Positions 41,023 through 56,070 of a stretch of 64,000 nt of DNA are shown one piece after another. Below the pieces are notes generated by a model. The model had not been told where the DNA came from. It was given only the letters and a program-made list of their open reading frames with translations, and made no database searches. The position numbers and the translations under genes were made by a program. The stretch is taken from the NCBI RefSeq assembly GCF_009914755.1, contig NC_060942.1. The stretch is one strand, 5' to 3'. This DNA is from the human T2T-CHM13v2.0 reference genome, Homo sapiens. Numbering within the stretch: the first letter of the stretch is position 1; each line of letters begins with the position of its first letter.

Positions 41023-43876
41023 AAAGGTGGCAACTTCTAAAACAGCAACAGCTGCAGCCCTTATGGCAGCCACTTTTCATCCTTAACTCATGGCAGATCG
41101 GACCTTGTTATGGTACAAATTGCATAAAATGCCATGAAGCCTAATATTGGGCACTTGGAATTGTAAGCAGTGACAGGAGTTAAGGAGAGAGCTGCAGGGA
41201 CCTCAGCCTCGCAAATTGGGGGTTGTGTGAATATATTTGGAAAACACAGGGAAGGAACCTCAGCAGCCATTCTGTGCCTGGAGATTAAAGGCAGCCCTGT
41301 GCAGTGATGTTGCGTGGGTGGCGCAGGCTGTTGTGGGGAGGCAACTTGAGGGGTACCTTCAGGACATGGCTTACTAGTGGTATCGTCTCAGGCCAGCAGT
41401 CTATCCTCATTAGTTTCCTCAACTAGAGCTATCTAGGGCTGTAACAAACTTACACTGGGATTCAGGAGCATGGGACAATGACTCTAAGTTGTGGGACTTC
41501 CTCCCCTCCCCAGATCTTTGACTGCATGAGTTAATTTGCGTGGGGAAAGAAGACCTGTAAGGAAGAAGTGTTTTGCTTGAGAATCTTATATTGGAAGAAT
41601 AAGAAATAGAGTGAATCACCTTCCTCAGTCAATCCAAGGCTGTGGTAAGGGCTACAGGTGGAAGCTAAAGGAATTGTTTTCAAAGGGGCTTCTTTTTTTC
41701 TTTTTCTTTTTTTTTTTTCTTAAACACTTGGTGAACAAGCAATGTGGTTCAGTGCTTGAAGCACTAAATGCCAATTGAAAGTTGAGAGAAACACGTCCTT
41801 TCCATGTCTGCAATAGATCAGCAATGGATGTGGGGTGTGAAACCTTCCAGCATCAAGAAAGGCACTTGATACAGAGCAACCATGTTCCGAAGAAGAACCC
41901 TGGCAGCAAGGCAGTGGCAAGGGTCCTTCTTTGGTTGGTCAGCTAGCAGTGGCTACCTCTCAGGAAGCTGAAGAATATGAACAGAATATGAAGCTAAAGA
42001 ATATGAACAGGTCATAAGTATATGACCATGGGGAGATGCCTCCAAATATCCCCAGGGGCCAGTGTCAGGAGAGAACTGAGGACCTCCATAATGCAGATTG
42101 GAGCCTCTGCATGAATACAACCTACAGGTATTAATATCACCATAATCTCATTCACACCTCATGGCCAGTGGGATCTGGAAACATTCAGACAACCCATAGT
42201 GAAAGGAGGCTACTAGTATTCTCTCAAGCAGTCTTAGTAAGGATTAATAAGACAACCTGGGTGAAAATGCTAGCACAGCACCCAGGATGTAGTAAGCACT
42301 CTGCTCATTTTGTTTCCAAGCCTGACCTTATTTAAGAGACTTCTATAAAGATCAGTTTAGAATATTCATTCCTTACTGTGATTCTATACCATAGGAGATA
42401 TGTACCTCATTTTTTTCATATTACGGAAACATAAACAGAAATAAATGAATTGCATGCTAATTAGGAAGGTGCTTATTATTTTACTCAGGTGACAAATAGC
42501 TTGGAAATAAACAGGTGAAACGTTTGGGGCTTTGCAGGATCTTTCAGTTCATTAAGGCAGTAGTGTATGAAAGAAATACTTCAGTGGTTCTAGAGGTGTG
42601 TATCACGCATGGGTTACTATACAAGCCCGAAAAAAGATGGCTAAAAGGTAAAGTGGGAACAAAAAAGAATACTCTCTAAGGTCACAGACACACCAAGGGG
42701 TTGAAATAAAAGACCTCTATGGCATTATATTCTATTTATGATATTTCACTAAGTTGTTGTCACACTTGGAAAAAGCAGTCTCAACTTCTTACATGATACC
42801 GGTCAACAGCCATATTTGGGCTGATTTCAAGGTCATTAATGAGTTTCAATTGCCCCCCAAAGTCTTTTTTCCACTTGATTTCTAGTGCTTGGAAATTGTC
42901 CAATAGAATAAACACTTCTAGATTACAGCAGAGATGGCAAATTTATCACCTTCTGTGTTTGTATGTGCAGACATCACTAATCAATCACTGTTCTTTTCTG
43001 CTGAGTCACCTTTCTCAATACAGTACAAGCAGCCACTTCCAACCAAATATTGTTAAAACCATTTTCCATCTATCTGCCTTAATCCCTTGCTTTCTATGAA
43101 AATGCAAATATTTGAAGAAGAATACAAATTTAAGTTATCAGTCACTGACAACTAAATGTTAACCAAAAAAAGATTGAAAGCAGCACTTGCTCTGGCATTA
43201 AGGGAGAGAACTCAAGGGCTCTGGAATAGGAGGAGGGGAGTGGCAGAATCTAGGAGCTCCCTAAAGATAGACTTCACCTACTTAACAATTTTGCCTAAGG
43301 CCAGTGCTGCCAAAAGGACCAGTTCTCTCCAGGGCATCTATTTCAACCATTTACCATCAAATAAAACTTACAACTGGCACATGAATTCTTAGGCCAAGGG
43401 CATTTTATTTTTTGAAATTTTAAAGTACTTGTTGGGTAAACTACTTTAAAAATTCAAGAGCCACAAAATAATCCCAGAAAGAACAGTGCAGGGGGAAGGT
43501 GAGCAAGGTGTAGCTCATTAAAGCGGGTGCTGTGTGTCTAAACATTGTGGACGCACAGGTGCTCTTGGGCATGCATACTTGCAAATGCCATCTACTTGCA
43601 TAGTTAACAATCCTCTGCAGCACACTGGCAAGCCAACAGGGAAGGGAAGGCAAGATCAAACACATTTAGAAAGAAATTTTAGAACTTGGGCTTATGGCCT
43701 AGATGGAGTAACAGGGACCAGAGTTGCTTTCCCACCAGAAACAGCCAAAAATGAACAAGACATATGAACGACAGTTTGTAAAACACTGGACATCAGGCAT
43801 CAAAGAACAGTGACCCTGAGAGATAATAAACAAATGAGAGGAACCTAATATCTTCCAAGCTTTCTGCTCTGAGAGG

Positions 43877-44340
43877 ATCTCCAGCCATGGTGCAGGGAGT
43901 GGAGGGAATCTCCAGCCATGGTGCAGGGAGTGGAGAGAATCTCCAGCCGTGGTGCAGAGAGTGGAGTGAATCTCCAGCCGTGGTGCAGAGAGGGGAGAGA
44001 ATCTCCAGCCGTGGTGCAGAGAGGGGAGAGAATCTCCAGCCGTGGTGCAGAGAGTGGAGTGCATCTCCAGCCGTGGTGCAGGGAGGGGAGAGAATCTCCA
44101 CCCATGGTGCGGGGGATGAGGGAGAGAATCTCTAGCTGTGGTGAAGGGAGAGGAGAGAATCTCCAGCCATGGTGGAGGGAGGGGAGAGAATCTCCAGCTG
44201 TGGTGCAGGGAGTGGGGAGAATCTCCAGCCATAATGCAGGGAGGGGAGAGAATCTCCAGCTGTGGTGCAGGGAGTGGGGAGAATCTCCAGCCATAATGCA
44301 GGGAGGGGAGAGAATCTCCAGCCATGGTGCAGGGAGGGAA
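43877..44340 (+). repeat. Minisatellite, 15 copies of a 31-bp unit (AATCTCCAGCCRTGGTGCAGGGAGGGGAGAG)
   Basis: Counted directly; period 31 except one 34-bp unit and a truncated last unit. Confidence 0.97.
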
Positions 44341-44570
44341 AACACAGGCATATGCAGGAGACTTCCTGAGTGGAGGAGAAAGACCTGAGAGTCCAGGGAA
44401 AATGCAGGAGCTAGAGTTTACATGACAGAGTGCCAGAGGATAGCTGCCTAGAGAAGAACTCCAGAGATCTGCAGAGAGTCCCCTTTGAGTATTTAGCTGA
44501 GTGCTGATCAGCACAAGCACATGAAGGCATTCTGGGAGACTATGAAAAGAATTGTCTGAAAGAATCAGAT

Positions 44571-44805
44571 CACAGTTTTCCCATTTTGGCACAGTTGACG
44601 TTTTTGGCTGCACAATTCCTTGTAGGGCTGCCCCATATAGAATAGAATGTTCAGCAGCATCCCTGGCCTCTACTCACCAGACGGCAGTGCCACTCGTCTC
44701 CCCCTACATCCCACTTATGACAACCAAAAATGTTTCCAGGCATTGCCAATAGGAGACGTTGTCTTTCACTTCCAGACATTAGGAGGCAAAAATGGAAAAC
44801 CACTG
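44571..44805. mobile_element. MER20 hAT-Charlie DNA transposon
   Basis: CAGCAGCATCCCTGGCCTCTAC...ATGACAACCAAAAATGTTTCCAGGCATTGCCAA...AACCACTG. Confidence 0.85.
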
Positions 44806-46405
44806 GAATAAAGGAAAGAGTGTCCAGTGCTGGGAACAGAGCTTGTTCCCATAAGCTAGACTGGAAAACTGGAAGAGTCACAGGACACTGGGTTAAGGAT
44901 ACATGGATGGGTCTTGCCTCAGTAGCGAGGAGGAATAATTAGACCTGGGTTGACTGCTGTGGGAGTCCAACCTGACAAAACCTTAAGAGGAAAGACTAAC
45001 AGAAGCAACCTATTTGCAAGCTACTTAGCTGCATTCCAGGACAAATCTCAAGAATATTTTAGAAATGTAAAAGTATCTAGCACCCAATAAGGTAAAATTT
45101 ACAATGTCTGGAATCCACTTACAATCCATAATGAGGAAATCAATTAATCAATCAAAGCTGACACAGAACTGACACAGATATTAGAATTCGCAGACAGGAA
45201 CATTGCAATAGTTATTAAATTTTTATTCTATATGATCAAAAAGTTAACAAGAGACATGGAAGTTTTTTTTTAATCTGATGTAAAGTTCAAAAAATGAATA
45301 TTATAAAATGTGAGAATAAAAACTACAGTGGGTGGCATTTTTGGCAGACATCAAAGAAGAAAAGATTAGTTTATTGGATGATATAATTATAAAAGCAGAG
45401 AGAGAAGGAATATTTTTAGAATGAACAGAGCATCTGGGAGTTGTGGGAAGACAAAAAGGGGCCTAACATGTGTGTAATTGGAGTCTCCAGAGCCGAGGAG
45501 AGACTGAGGACCACAGAAAAATTTGAAAAAAATCATTGCAGAAAGTTTTCCAAATCGGATGAAACCTACAAACCCACTAATCTAAGAAGCTCAATGAACC
45601 TTCAGCATAATAAACACCAAGTAAAATATGCCAAAGTACATCACAATCTAATAGCTCAAAACTGCCAATTAAGAGAAAATCATACAGAGGAACAAATATG
45701 GATGATAATAGATTTCACTTCAAATGAATATAAGTAAGAAGAAAACGAAGCAACATTTAAAAAATATGGAAATAAAAAACTATCAACTTACAATTTATAC
45801 CCAGCAAAAGTATCTTCCAAAAGCCAAAGCAAAATAAGGACATCTTCAGAAATACAAACACAGCAAGGATTCATGACCAGCACACCTACATTATCAGAAA
45901 TATTAAAGGAAGTCTTTTAGGTAGAAAGAAAATGTTCCTGTATGGAAATACGGATCTACATAATGGAATGAAGATGTTGGACTTAGTAACCATATGGTAA
46001 CTATGTAAGATTTTTTCTTATTTAAATCTCTTTAAAAGATCATTGTTGGGTTTTATAACATATACAAAATGTATAACATCAATAGCATAAATGTCAGGAG
46101 GAGAGAAATAGAAATATACTCTTGTAAAGGTTTCATTTGTGAAACGGTAGAATATCACTTGAAGGAAGATGATATATGCGATAACCCCTAAAGCAAAAGC
46201 TGAAATAATAAAACAAAGAGTAGTAGCTCATAAGCCAGCAGAGGAGATAAAATGGAATCACAAAACATCAGATTATTACCAACAAAACCAGTAAAAGAGT
46301 AAGAGAACAAGGATGAGATGAGATGAAAAAAAAAGCAAGACGATTTTGCCAGTTATGAGTTTATTGGTTCTCAATTTTTAAAATGGGCAAAAAATTTGAA
46401 CAGCT

Positions 46406-46776
46406 TGTTATGGGCTGAATGTTTGTGTCACCCAAAAGTTTCACATATGAGATCCTAACCCTCAATGTATATGAGGAGGTAGGGCTTTGGGGCAGTAATT
46501 ATATCATGAGGCTGGAGTCTTTAGGAATGTGATTAGTGCCCTTCTGAAAGGAACCAAGAGCTCTCTCGCACACTTCCTACCATGAGGATACAATAAGAAG
46601 TCAGCTGTCTGTGACCCAGAAGAGGGCCCTCACCAGAATCTGACCATATTGGCATGCTAATGTCAGACTTCCAGACTTCAGAACTGTAAGAAATAAAATA
46701 CAGTGGTTTTTAAGCCACCCAGTTTATGGTATTCACTGGTATGGTATGTTACAGCAGCTGGAACAGACTTAAGACA
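46406..46776 (+). mobile_element. MLT1A0-like solo LTR
   Basis: TGTTATGGGCTGAATGTTTGTG...GATTAGTGCCCTT...AAGACA; TSD CAGCT/CAGAT. Confidence 0.85.
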
Positions 46777-48451
46777 CAGATCCTACAGAAAAGATGATAC
46801 ATAATGGCAATACAAAATGAAAAGATTCTCAATGTCATTAGTCATTAGAAACTGAAAATTAAAGTCAACATGAGATACAATTACACACATATTAAAATGG
46901 CAAAAAATATAATATGTGATCTCACTTAAATCTTCAAAAAGGTGGGGGTCAAATACAAAGATATGGAGAATAAAACAGTGGTTCCATTGTTACCAGGGTC
47001 AGGGTAGAAGGAAGGAAATGAGAAGATGTAGATTAAAGGGTACAGAGTAGCAAATATTCAGAATGAACAAGTAGAAAGATCTAATGTAGAACATGGGGAC
47101 TATAGTTAATAACAGTGTATTATACTCAGGATTTGCACTAAATGAGTAGATTATAGCTCCTCTTGCCACAGACAGGGAACATGGGTAACTATTAGATAAT
47201 GGCTATGTTAACTTGTTCCATGACAGTATTTTTTTTACTATATATATATATGTATCTTACAACATCATGTTGTATACCTTAGTATACACAATAAAATTTA
47301 TTTTAAAAAAGAAATAAAATAAATATTAAAAGACTGACCATACCTGGTATTGATGAGGATATAGAAAAAACTGGAACTCTCATACATGGCTAGTGGGAAT
47401 GTACAATGGTACAACCACGTTGGAAAGCACTTTGGAAGTCTTTTAAAAAGTTAAACATACTTCTCTCATATAATCCAGCCATTCCACTGCTGGGTATTAC
47501 ATTCATATGTATTTACATGTTCATTGGAGCTTTATTTGTAATGGCAAAAAACTGGAAATACCTTATTGTCTCCATCAACTGATGAATGGATTTTCAAAAA
47601 CTGTGGTTTAGCGATATATATGAGTATATTCCATTGCTCAGCAATAAAAATTACTTATCGATACACACAAGAATGAAAGTCATGATAATTACACTGAGTG
47701 ACATAAGCCAGGCATCAGAGTACACTATATGTTTCATGTATTTAAAATTCTAGAAAATGAAAGTGAATTTCTAGTGGCAGAAAGCAGATCTATGGTTGCT
47801 GGGAATGGGACATAGGGAGGGAGGTGTGGGAGGCAAGTGATCACAAGAGGAAACTCTGGGGATGTGAATATGTTCATTATCTTGATTGAGGTGATGTTCT
47901 CATGGGAGCATAAATATATTAAATTGTACACTTAAATATATATACTTTAGTGTATATCAATTTTACCCAAATAAAATTGTAAAAATGGAAATTATAAGAT
48001 TTTCTAGGAGACAGCCTAAAGGATTATATTTAACATTGATACTTAGAATAAAGACCAGCAGATATGAGTTCTAGTTCAACTTCTGTCTTTGATGTGTCTA
48101 GCTATCTTGTGACAGACAGATAAATTCTCTTGATCTTAGTTTCCTAACTTACAGACAGCTGATTTAGTGATCTATAGCATCCTTCAAGTTCGAACTCTAG
48201 TAATGGATAAAAGTGGATAGGAGGGAGTTTGAGTAGTGAAGCCCAACCTGGGTTTGAATTTCAGCTCTATCACTCTTTACTTGTGTGACCTGAGATAAAT
48301 TATTCAACCCTTCTAAACTGTTAGAGAGTAAGTTCCACCAGGAAAGGCTGTATTGTTTTGTTTACTCCTGCAACCCAGGGCCTGGTATTAGATACTGGCA
48401 TACAAATCAATGTTTTCTTTTTCGGCAAAATGAGAATATTTATAAGCCTCC

Positions 48452-48910
48452 TTGTAGCAGAGGCTGTTGATGTCCCTCAACCTCCATATCCCATTGTTCC
48501 AGTCCTAGGTTTAACTTTCACACAGGGAGACAGCCTCTGCCATGCCTCCCACCTCAAGCACAGGAAAGGCACCCGGGGCAGACATTGTCAAGAAGGGCAG
48601 TGGGTGCAGTGGCCAAAGGTTTTTCAGGAGCTGGCTGTCCCTGGGGGCTTTCTCAGGGCCAGTGGGCTTCTCACTTAATGCCCTGAGAAGTCATGGGGAG
48701 TGAGAGGCAGTGGATTAATGTCCCAGCCTCCCTGCTTTCTGGTGGGACAATTCTGAGGCCTGGGTCCTCAGTGAGACTGAGCCCCAGTTGCTCACAGTGG
48801 GACACTACTCATCCTACGTCATTTCCTGGCTTCTCACCTTTCCTTGTTTGATTTCCCAGTCCTTCACTTGTGCTTCCTGGGATCACTTCCTAAATGAACT
48901 TCCTGCCTCT
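48452..48910 (+). mobile_element. LTR16-like ERVL LTR
   Basis: GGTGGGACAATTCTGAGGC...GAGCCCCAGTTGCTCACAGTGG...TGCTTCCTGGGATCACTTCC. Confidence 0.65.
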
Positions 48911-49197
48911 ATGCCAATGGTAGAAATCCAAAAGAAGGTACCATCTCTTGTGGATCTCGTAGGGATGAAGTGAAACAGGATGTATAAAGTGCTTCGCCTA
49001 CTGCCTGGTGGGTTTGTTTTCTGTTTTTTGATTGGTTTTGATTTGTTGCTAGTTTCTTTCAGAGATCCCAGAGAAAGTGACCCTGCTAACTTTGAGTTAA
49101 CAAGAATGAGGGGGGAAGGGAAATCTGTGTGAGGAAAGACATGTGCCTGAGAATTTATAAAAGCAGAATCAAAACAATCTAGAGAAAAAGTAGATCA

Positions 49198-49617
49198 TGC
49201 TATGGACTTAATTGTGTCCCCCAGAATGCATGTTGAAATCCTAAGCTCCAATGTGACTGTATTTGGAGACAGAGCGTTTAGGAGGTAATTAAGGTTAAAT
49301 AAGGTTATATGGGTGGAGTCCTAATAAAGTAGGACTGTTGGCCTTATAAGAAAAGAAATCTCTCTCTCTTTCTCTCTCTCTCTCTGTTTGTCTCTCTTTC
49401 TTTCTTTCTCCACCTGAGCACAGAGAAAAGGTCATGGAAGAATACAGCAGGAAGGCAGCCTTCTCCAAGCCAAGAAAAGAGCCCTCACAGAGAACCTAAT
49501 TGCCAGCACCTTGATCTTGGACTTCCAGGCTCCAGAACTGTGAGAAAAATAAATGTCTGTTGTTTAAGCCACCCAGTCTGTGGTCTTTGGTTATGGCAGC
49601 TTAAGCTGACTAATATA
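49198..49617 (+). mobile_element. MLT1A-like solo LTR with internal (CT)n
   Basis: TGCTATGGACTTAATTGTGTCCCCC...GGTAATTAAGGTTAAAT...TTTAAGCCACCCAGTCTGTGG...GACTAATA. Confidence 0.85.
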
Positions 49618-49777
49618 CTCATGTACCTCAAACCCTGTATAGCAAAATATGAACCTGACTCAAGAGGAATGGAGATTTTCTAAAGCTAAAATTCCAATTA
49701 TATTATTGCAATCCAAGTGAATAAGGAAAGTTGAAACTATTCAAAACCAGTGAACCAAACAAAACCAAATCGACGTG

Positions 49778-49970
49778 TAAGGTTGGTGGATTTAGTGAAT
49801 ACATTTTAGAGGAGATGCTCAGTTAAATTTGAATTTCAGCAAAACAACAATTTTTTTAGTATAAGTATGTCTCAAATATTACACAGGACACACGTATACT
49901 AAAAATTTATGTGCTATTTATCCGAAATCCAAATTTAACTGGGTGTCTTGTATTTTATCTGGCAAACATT
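49778..49970. mobile_element. MER53 palindromic MITE
   Basis: CAGTTAAATTTGAATTTCAG...TTTTTAGTATAAGTATGT...ACGTATACTAAAAA...GAAATCCAAATTTAACTG. Confidence 0.85.
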
Positions 49971-50049
49971 GATGTGACTGTACGGTAAGCTCTCTAAGGA
50001 GCTCAAGCTTTCATAAAATGTTAAGTATAAAATGTGAAAAAATGAAAGA

Positions 50050-50720
50050 TTGATTTTTAAAGCAAAGTGGCTCACATTGCTGGAATTTTATAAGGAATTC
50101 TAAAACCCAGACTAAGTTGAGGCTCACAAAACAAATTAAAGACAAAAACAGTGTTTCTTTAAAAATTCAAGAAAAGCAGGAAAAATGCTGACTCCCCTAT
50201 ATGGAGAAAGTGGTAGAAAGTTGACAGTGATAGGAGACAGCTACTGAATGTGCATTCTGCTTTGTATTACTCACCAGGAAAAATGCTCTTAAAAAAAAAA
50301 AAAGCCAACTAACAGTCAGGTGAGTCAGGAGTTATCAGAGATGATCTGTCTCATCACCTTCAATGCACTAAGATTTATGTTCCAAATTGCTAAAATAAAT
50401 GGAAGATGTGATCTTACAGACAGCTCTGCAAAATCTCAGACAATGAGAGAGAGAGGTGGCAGAAAACTGAAGGCAGGCAAATGTTCAAACTCTCAGAAAT
50501 AGGAAGCAAGTAGGCAACACAGGATGTTACCGAGCGGGAAGTCCAGAATATTTCTAAGATGGGTTGCTCCAAGGAGAAAGTCAGGCCAAATGAACTTTAT
50601 TTTCTTTGTTGTTAGGATTATTAAAGTAATGCACTGGGAAAACATTATAAGGGTAATGCACCCAGGTTTCAACAAGGCATTTGAAGAATATTTTCTATGA
50701 TAACCTCATGGACAAGAATG
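50050..50720 (+). mobile_element. Probable CR1/L3 LINE fragment
   Basis: TTTCAACAAGGCATTTGA...ATGATAACCTCATGGACAAG resembles the CR1 RT 'DFSKAFD' region; highly diverged. Confidence 0.45.
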
Positions 50721-50886
50721 AAACACGGGAATCACTTTTCTGTGGCTCTGAACTTAAATCCCACTTAACTTTGTTCATCATGTCTCAAATAAAGTTATGC
50801 TTACCAGATTTGCTGTAAACAAAAAACTGAAAAGAATAGTATATTAATTGTACTATTTTGGTTGTAAGTAAAGAAGTTCAATGTGA

Positions 50887-51660
<774 letters not shown>

Positions 51661-53549
51661 TTGGGCATGATGGGAACTGCCATACCATGTGATCACATAG
51701 TGACAAAGGAGAGGGAGGAGCAGCTCCTCTAACAGGGCACTGGCAAGGCAGTGCTGCAGGTTTCCACCACATGTAGCTAATGCAATAGATTAAAACAGAA
51801 GTCAAACTTATTTTGATAAATTGTAATGAGAAGCCTAAATCATCAAATAAAACTTAAACATGATAAATGCTAGGTTTGCATTTAGATTCAGACTAGAGAC
51901 TATAAACTCAGTGTATATACGCATACAAAAGACTAAAAGAATATGCCTCCAAACATTAACAATTATTACCCAGAAGTGGTGGAGCTATAGATATTTTTGT
52001 TCTGTTTTATATTTTCCATAATTTCAAAATTTTATCTACAATAAATATTAATTGCTTTAGTAAACAGAAAAATATCATAAATGTTATAAAATACCAATTA
52101 TGTATAAATACGGATGGGAAGAGTTTGTATTAATTTATGCAAAAAAACCCCAAACCCTTAACATGTTGAATAAGAACTTGGGTTGCACTAATAAAAGTAT
52201 AATATGCATTGCTGTATTAATTCATCTGGAAGTGGGAAAACAGTACAGTTTTACTATTAGATAGTACACAAAATAAGAGGATAGGGAGGAAACTAGAAAG
52301 CATAACATGGGAAAAAAATTGAGGAAAATAGAAATGTGAATCTAGAGGAAAGACGTAAGTCACAGTGGTAAATATGATGAGTTGGCGTGTGGTGGAAAGA
52401 ATTAGATACACTCAGCTCCACTTGTATCTTGGGAAGTCACGTATTTCTCTGAGTCCCAGTATCCTGATTGATGAAGTAGCAATAATCTTCCTCATAACGC
52501 TGATTTTTAGGTTAAATACAACAAGGTATGAGTTACCCTCTTCGCTGGCCTAGAACCCTTCATATGCAGAGCTCAGGAGCTCTTCTCTATCTTTTTTAAA
52601 AAATTACTCACATAGAAGCATTGGTGAGTTATGTAGATTTCACTGTAGATTGCATATGGTAGGCGATAGACACAGCACGTCCCAGAGCAAAATGCTTAAA
52701 CCCCCCACCTCACACTGCTGTTCTCTGCAAAGTCTTTGCCACTGTGGTAATTGGGTAGCAAGTCAGGATGTGTATCAGGGGATCCTTCTCCCACCAAGAC
52801 TCACTAACTTCTCTCTATCCCTCCAGGGTACCAGGATCTTCAAGTTCCTTTGCCTTCTTCCGTGAGATAATTTAATCCTCTCCCAATTCCTATCTTGAAA
52901 CTTGAAAAACAAAACTTATGATACTCAGCAAAACAAGGATCTGCTCGTGTAGCAGAATCTACCCTCCTTAGTAAACCTATTTCTGTCCTGAGTGTGGCCT
53001 TTGGGATCTCAGAATCCCACCGTTACCTCCACCAATAAGTGCTATTTTGTCATGCAAACGTGTTCGGTGCTCTCCCCATGAAGGGTTTCAGGTGAAGAAC
53101 CTTCTCCCATCCACTTACATATATCAAATATCTACCATAGTGCTGTCTGTCACCCAGCAGACGCCAGAAAATGTAAATAGTTATTATTTTCATTATGATG
53201 ACTGTCTTTAAATATTTAAAAAGCTATGTGGAAGCGGAATGTGAAGACCTATTTTTGATAGCTCCCAAGACCCAATAGGACCAATTGGTATGTCACTGGG
53301 AGGTAGAATTGGCTCAGTAGAAGGCAGATATTGCCAGCAATTAGAACTACTCAATAACAGGGTCTTCTTGACTTGTCTTGAATTGTCTGATCCAAGACAG
53401 AAGAGAGCAGGAGACAGTAGATGGGAATTTGAATGAGTTGACCTGAACTTTCCCTCCTGAAGGACATCTGCTGATCCTGTGAAAAGTGCCTGAATGGGTG
53501 AATGGGTTTTCCTTCTTTCCTGTTTCTTCCCAGTGTCACCACAATCTAA

Positions 53550-54188
<639 letters not shown>

Positions 54189-55382
54189 TGGATTTGGTTA
54201 TGTATAAGACACACAGTGACAGAAACCTCCCCTGGAAGGGGTGAAGTCAACATAGCTACTAGTTTCCTGACACTACTTCAAAAGCATCAGGAAGAAAAGA
54301 AGAGTTAATACAGCTGTCCAGGCCACTGAAATTGTAGGATACAGAGCTGTGCTGTGTGCTGGGGCCTTGGTGGCTACAATGATCAAACCCAGGGAGGGGG
54401 GGAATGGGAACCAGATTCCAGGACACCCCAGGGGCTTTCAAGATACACTTATATTTGCCATTTTGCAATTTTTTCAGGGTGTGCAGAATTAGCTCAAAGT
54501 CTTCCACATGCCAGTGTGGCTTTGCCTGTAATATAATCTTTTTAAAAGGTTAAGTTAATCTTGTTAATGTTGCAGCATTTCAACCTAACGGTGCTCCATG
54601 CACAATCTAATTGGATTTTTATGTGTCTTTATTTAAAGAAATTTGTTTAGTGACAATGACAATTTGAGTATTACATGTAGGTCTCTTTTGTATAATATTG
54701 AAGCGAGATAGAGTACACACAGGTAGGCTGGGATAACAGATTTCTGATAGGTAGTTATCACCTAAAGCCTGTATCAGTTTAAGCACAAACCATACAGGAA
54801 CTTATGTGTTCAATGATGTTGACTCTGTAAAATTAGAGCAAATGGATAGGTAGGTCTGAGATCACAATACTGGGAGGTTTCATGCTATGCAATGAGTAAG
54901 TCATGTGACTTCTACAGAAAATTCCACTCATTTCAATGGTGAATTGGATACTAGGTTGAATTTTTAAAGGCTATTTGTCCTAAGAGATTATGAATTTATA
55001 CTGCCTCAGGTTGTATTCCATCATTATAAAAGTGCAGGAGTTCTCCGTAAAGTTTGTTTTACCAGCCAGAATTGGGAATTATATGTCTTGCAATAAATTC
55101 CTTCACATTTGCTGTTTGACATTTCAGAGGTAACCCCTGGCTTAACTGGCTGCAGGTAAAAATTAGAGGCATAACTGGTTTTAATAACAGTCTCTGGGTC
55201 TACTTATTTCGAAGTACTTAGCCAATGACATCCTTCTTTATGTAACATTTTTTATATTCCATGAAGTACATTTCTAACTTTTTTTTGAGATGTTAAATGG
55301 TTTTGTTTGCCTTTGTTTTTAGCTTGATTTTGCAAAATTTAACTCAGGTCTTTCCTTAAGAATGTGGTAAATGGACACGTTA

Positions 55383-55703
<321 letters not shown>

Positions 55704-56070
55704 AAAGAAAATCTTACTGATTTTTTTTTTTTTTTGGAGATTTCAGATCTAGGTTATGCTTTAAAGCCTTCATTCTGGAAGCTGATAGAATTGCACAGTG
55801 TGTAGATTTGGGGTTAATTATTTTTCCCAGGTGTTTCAGGTCTTATTTATATACATTTACCAAACTGGAGGATGTATAAGTGTTTTCTTGGAAATTCTAA
55901 TGATCATAATGTAAAGGAAAACAGGAAAAACAGAGTGTGGGAGAGAGTAGGAGGAAAAGTGAAGCTTAAGAAAACAGAAAATGATGATTACCATTTTAGT
56001 TCTCCCTGGTGGTGGGAATAGGAGTAGGAAAAGATCAACTCATAATTGGGAAAAGAAATTTGATTGTTAG

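Larger units (their letters stand above)
43690..47990 (+). mobile_element. Old L1M (L1MD/L1M4-like) 5' region, ORF1 remnant and 3' end, with several nested insertions
   Basis: AGATGGAGTAACAGGGACC 5' end; ORF1-like remnants (PNMCVIGV; TATACCCAGCAAAAGTATCTTC); 3' L1M motifs (GGAACTCTCATACATGGCTAGTGGGAATG; AAAGCAGATCTATGGTTGC). A second L1MA-like 3' end lies at ~46905-47325. Confidence 0.7.

Noticed and set aside
43877-44340. PRDM9 hotspot motif in the minisatellite
   Set aside because: The minus strand has CCTCCCT, but spacing to CCAC is 3 nt, so it does not fit CCNCCNTNNCCNC.
43699-44613. Repetitive ORFs (304, 168, 156 aa) and a CRISPR-like appearance
   Set aside because: Head-to-tail 31-bp minisatellite with no unique spacers and no cas genes, in primate DNA; the ORFs arise because the unit lacks stops.
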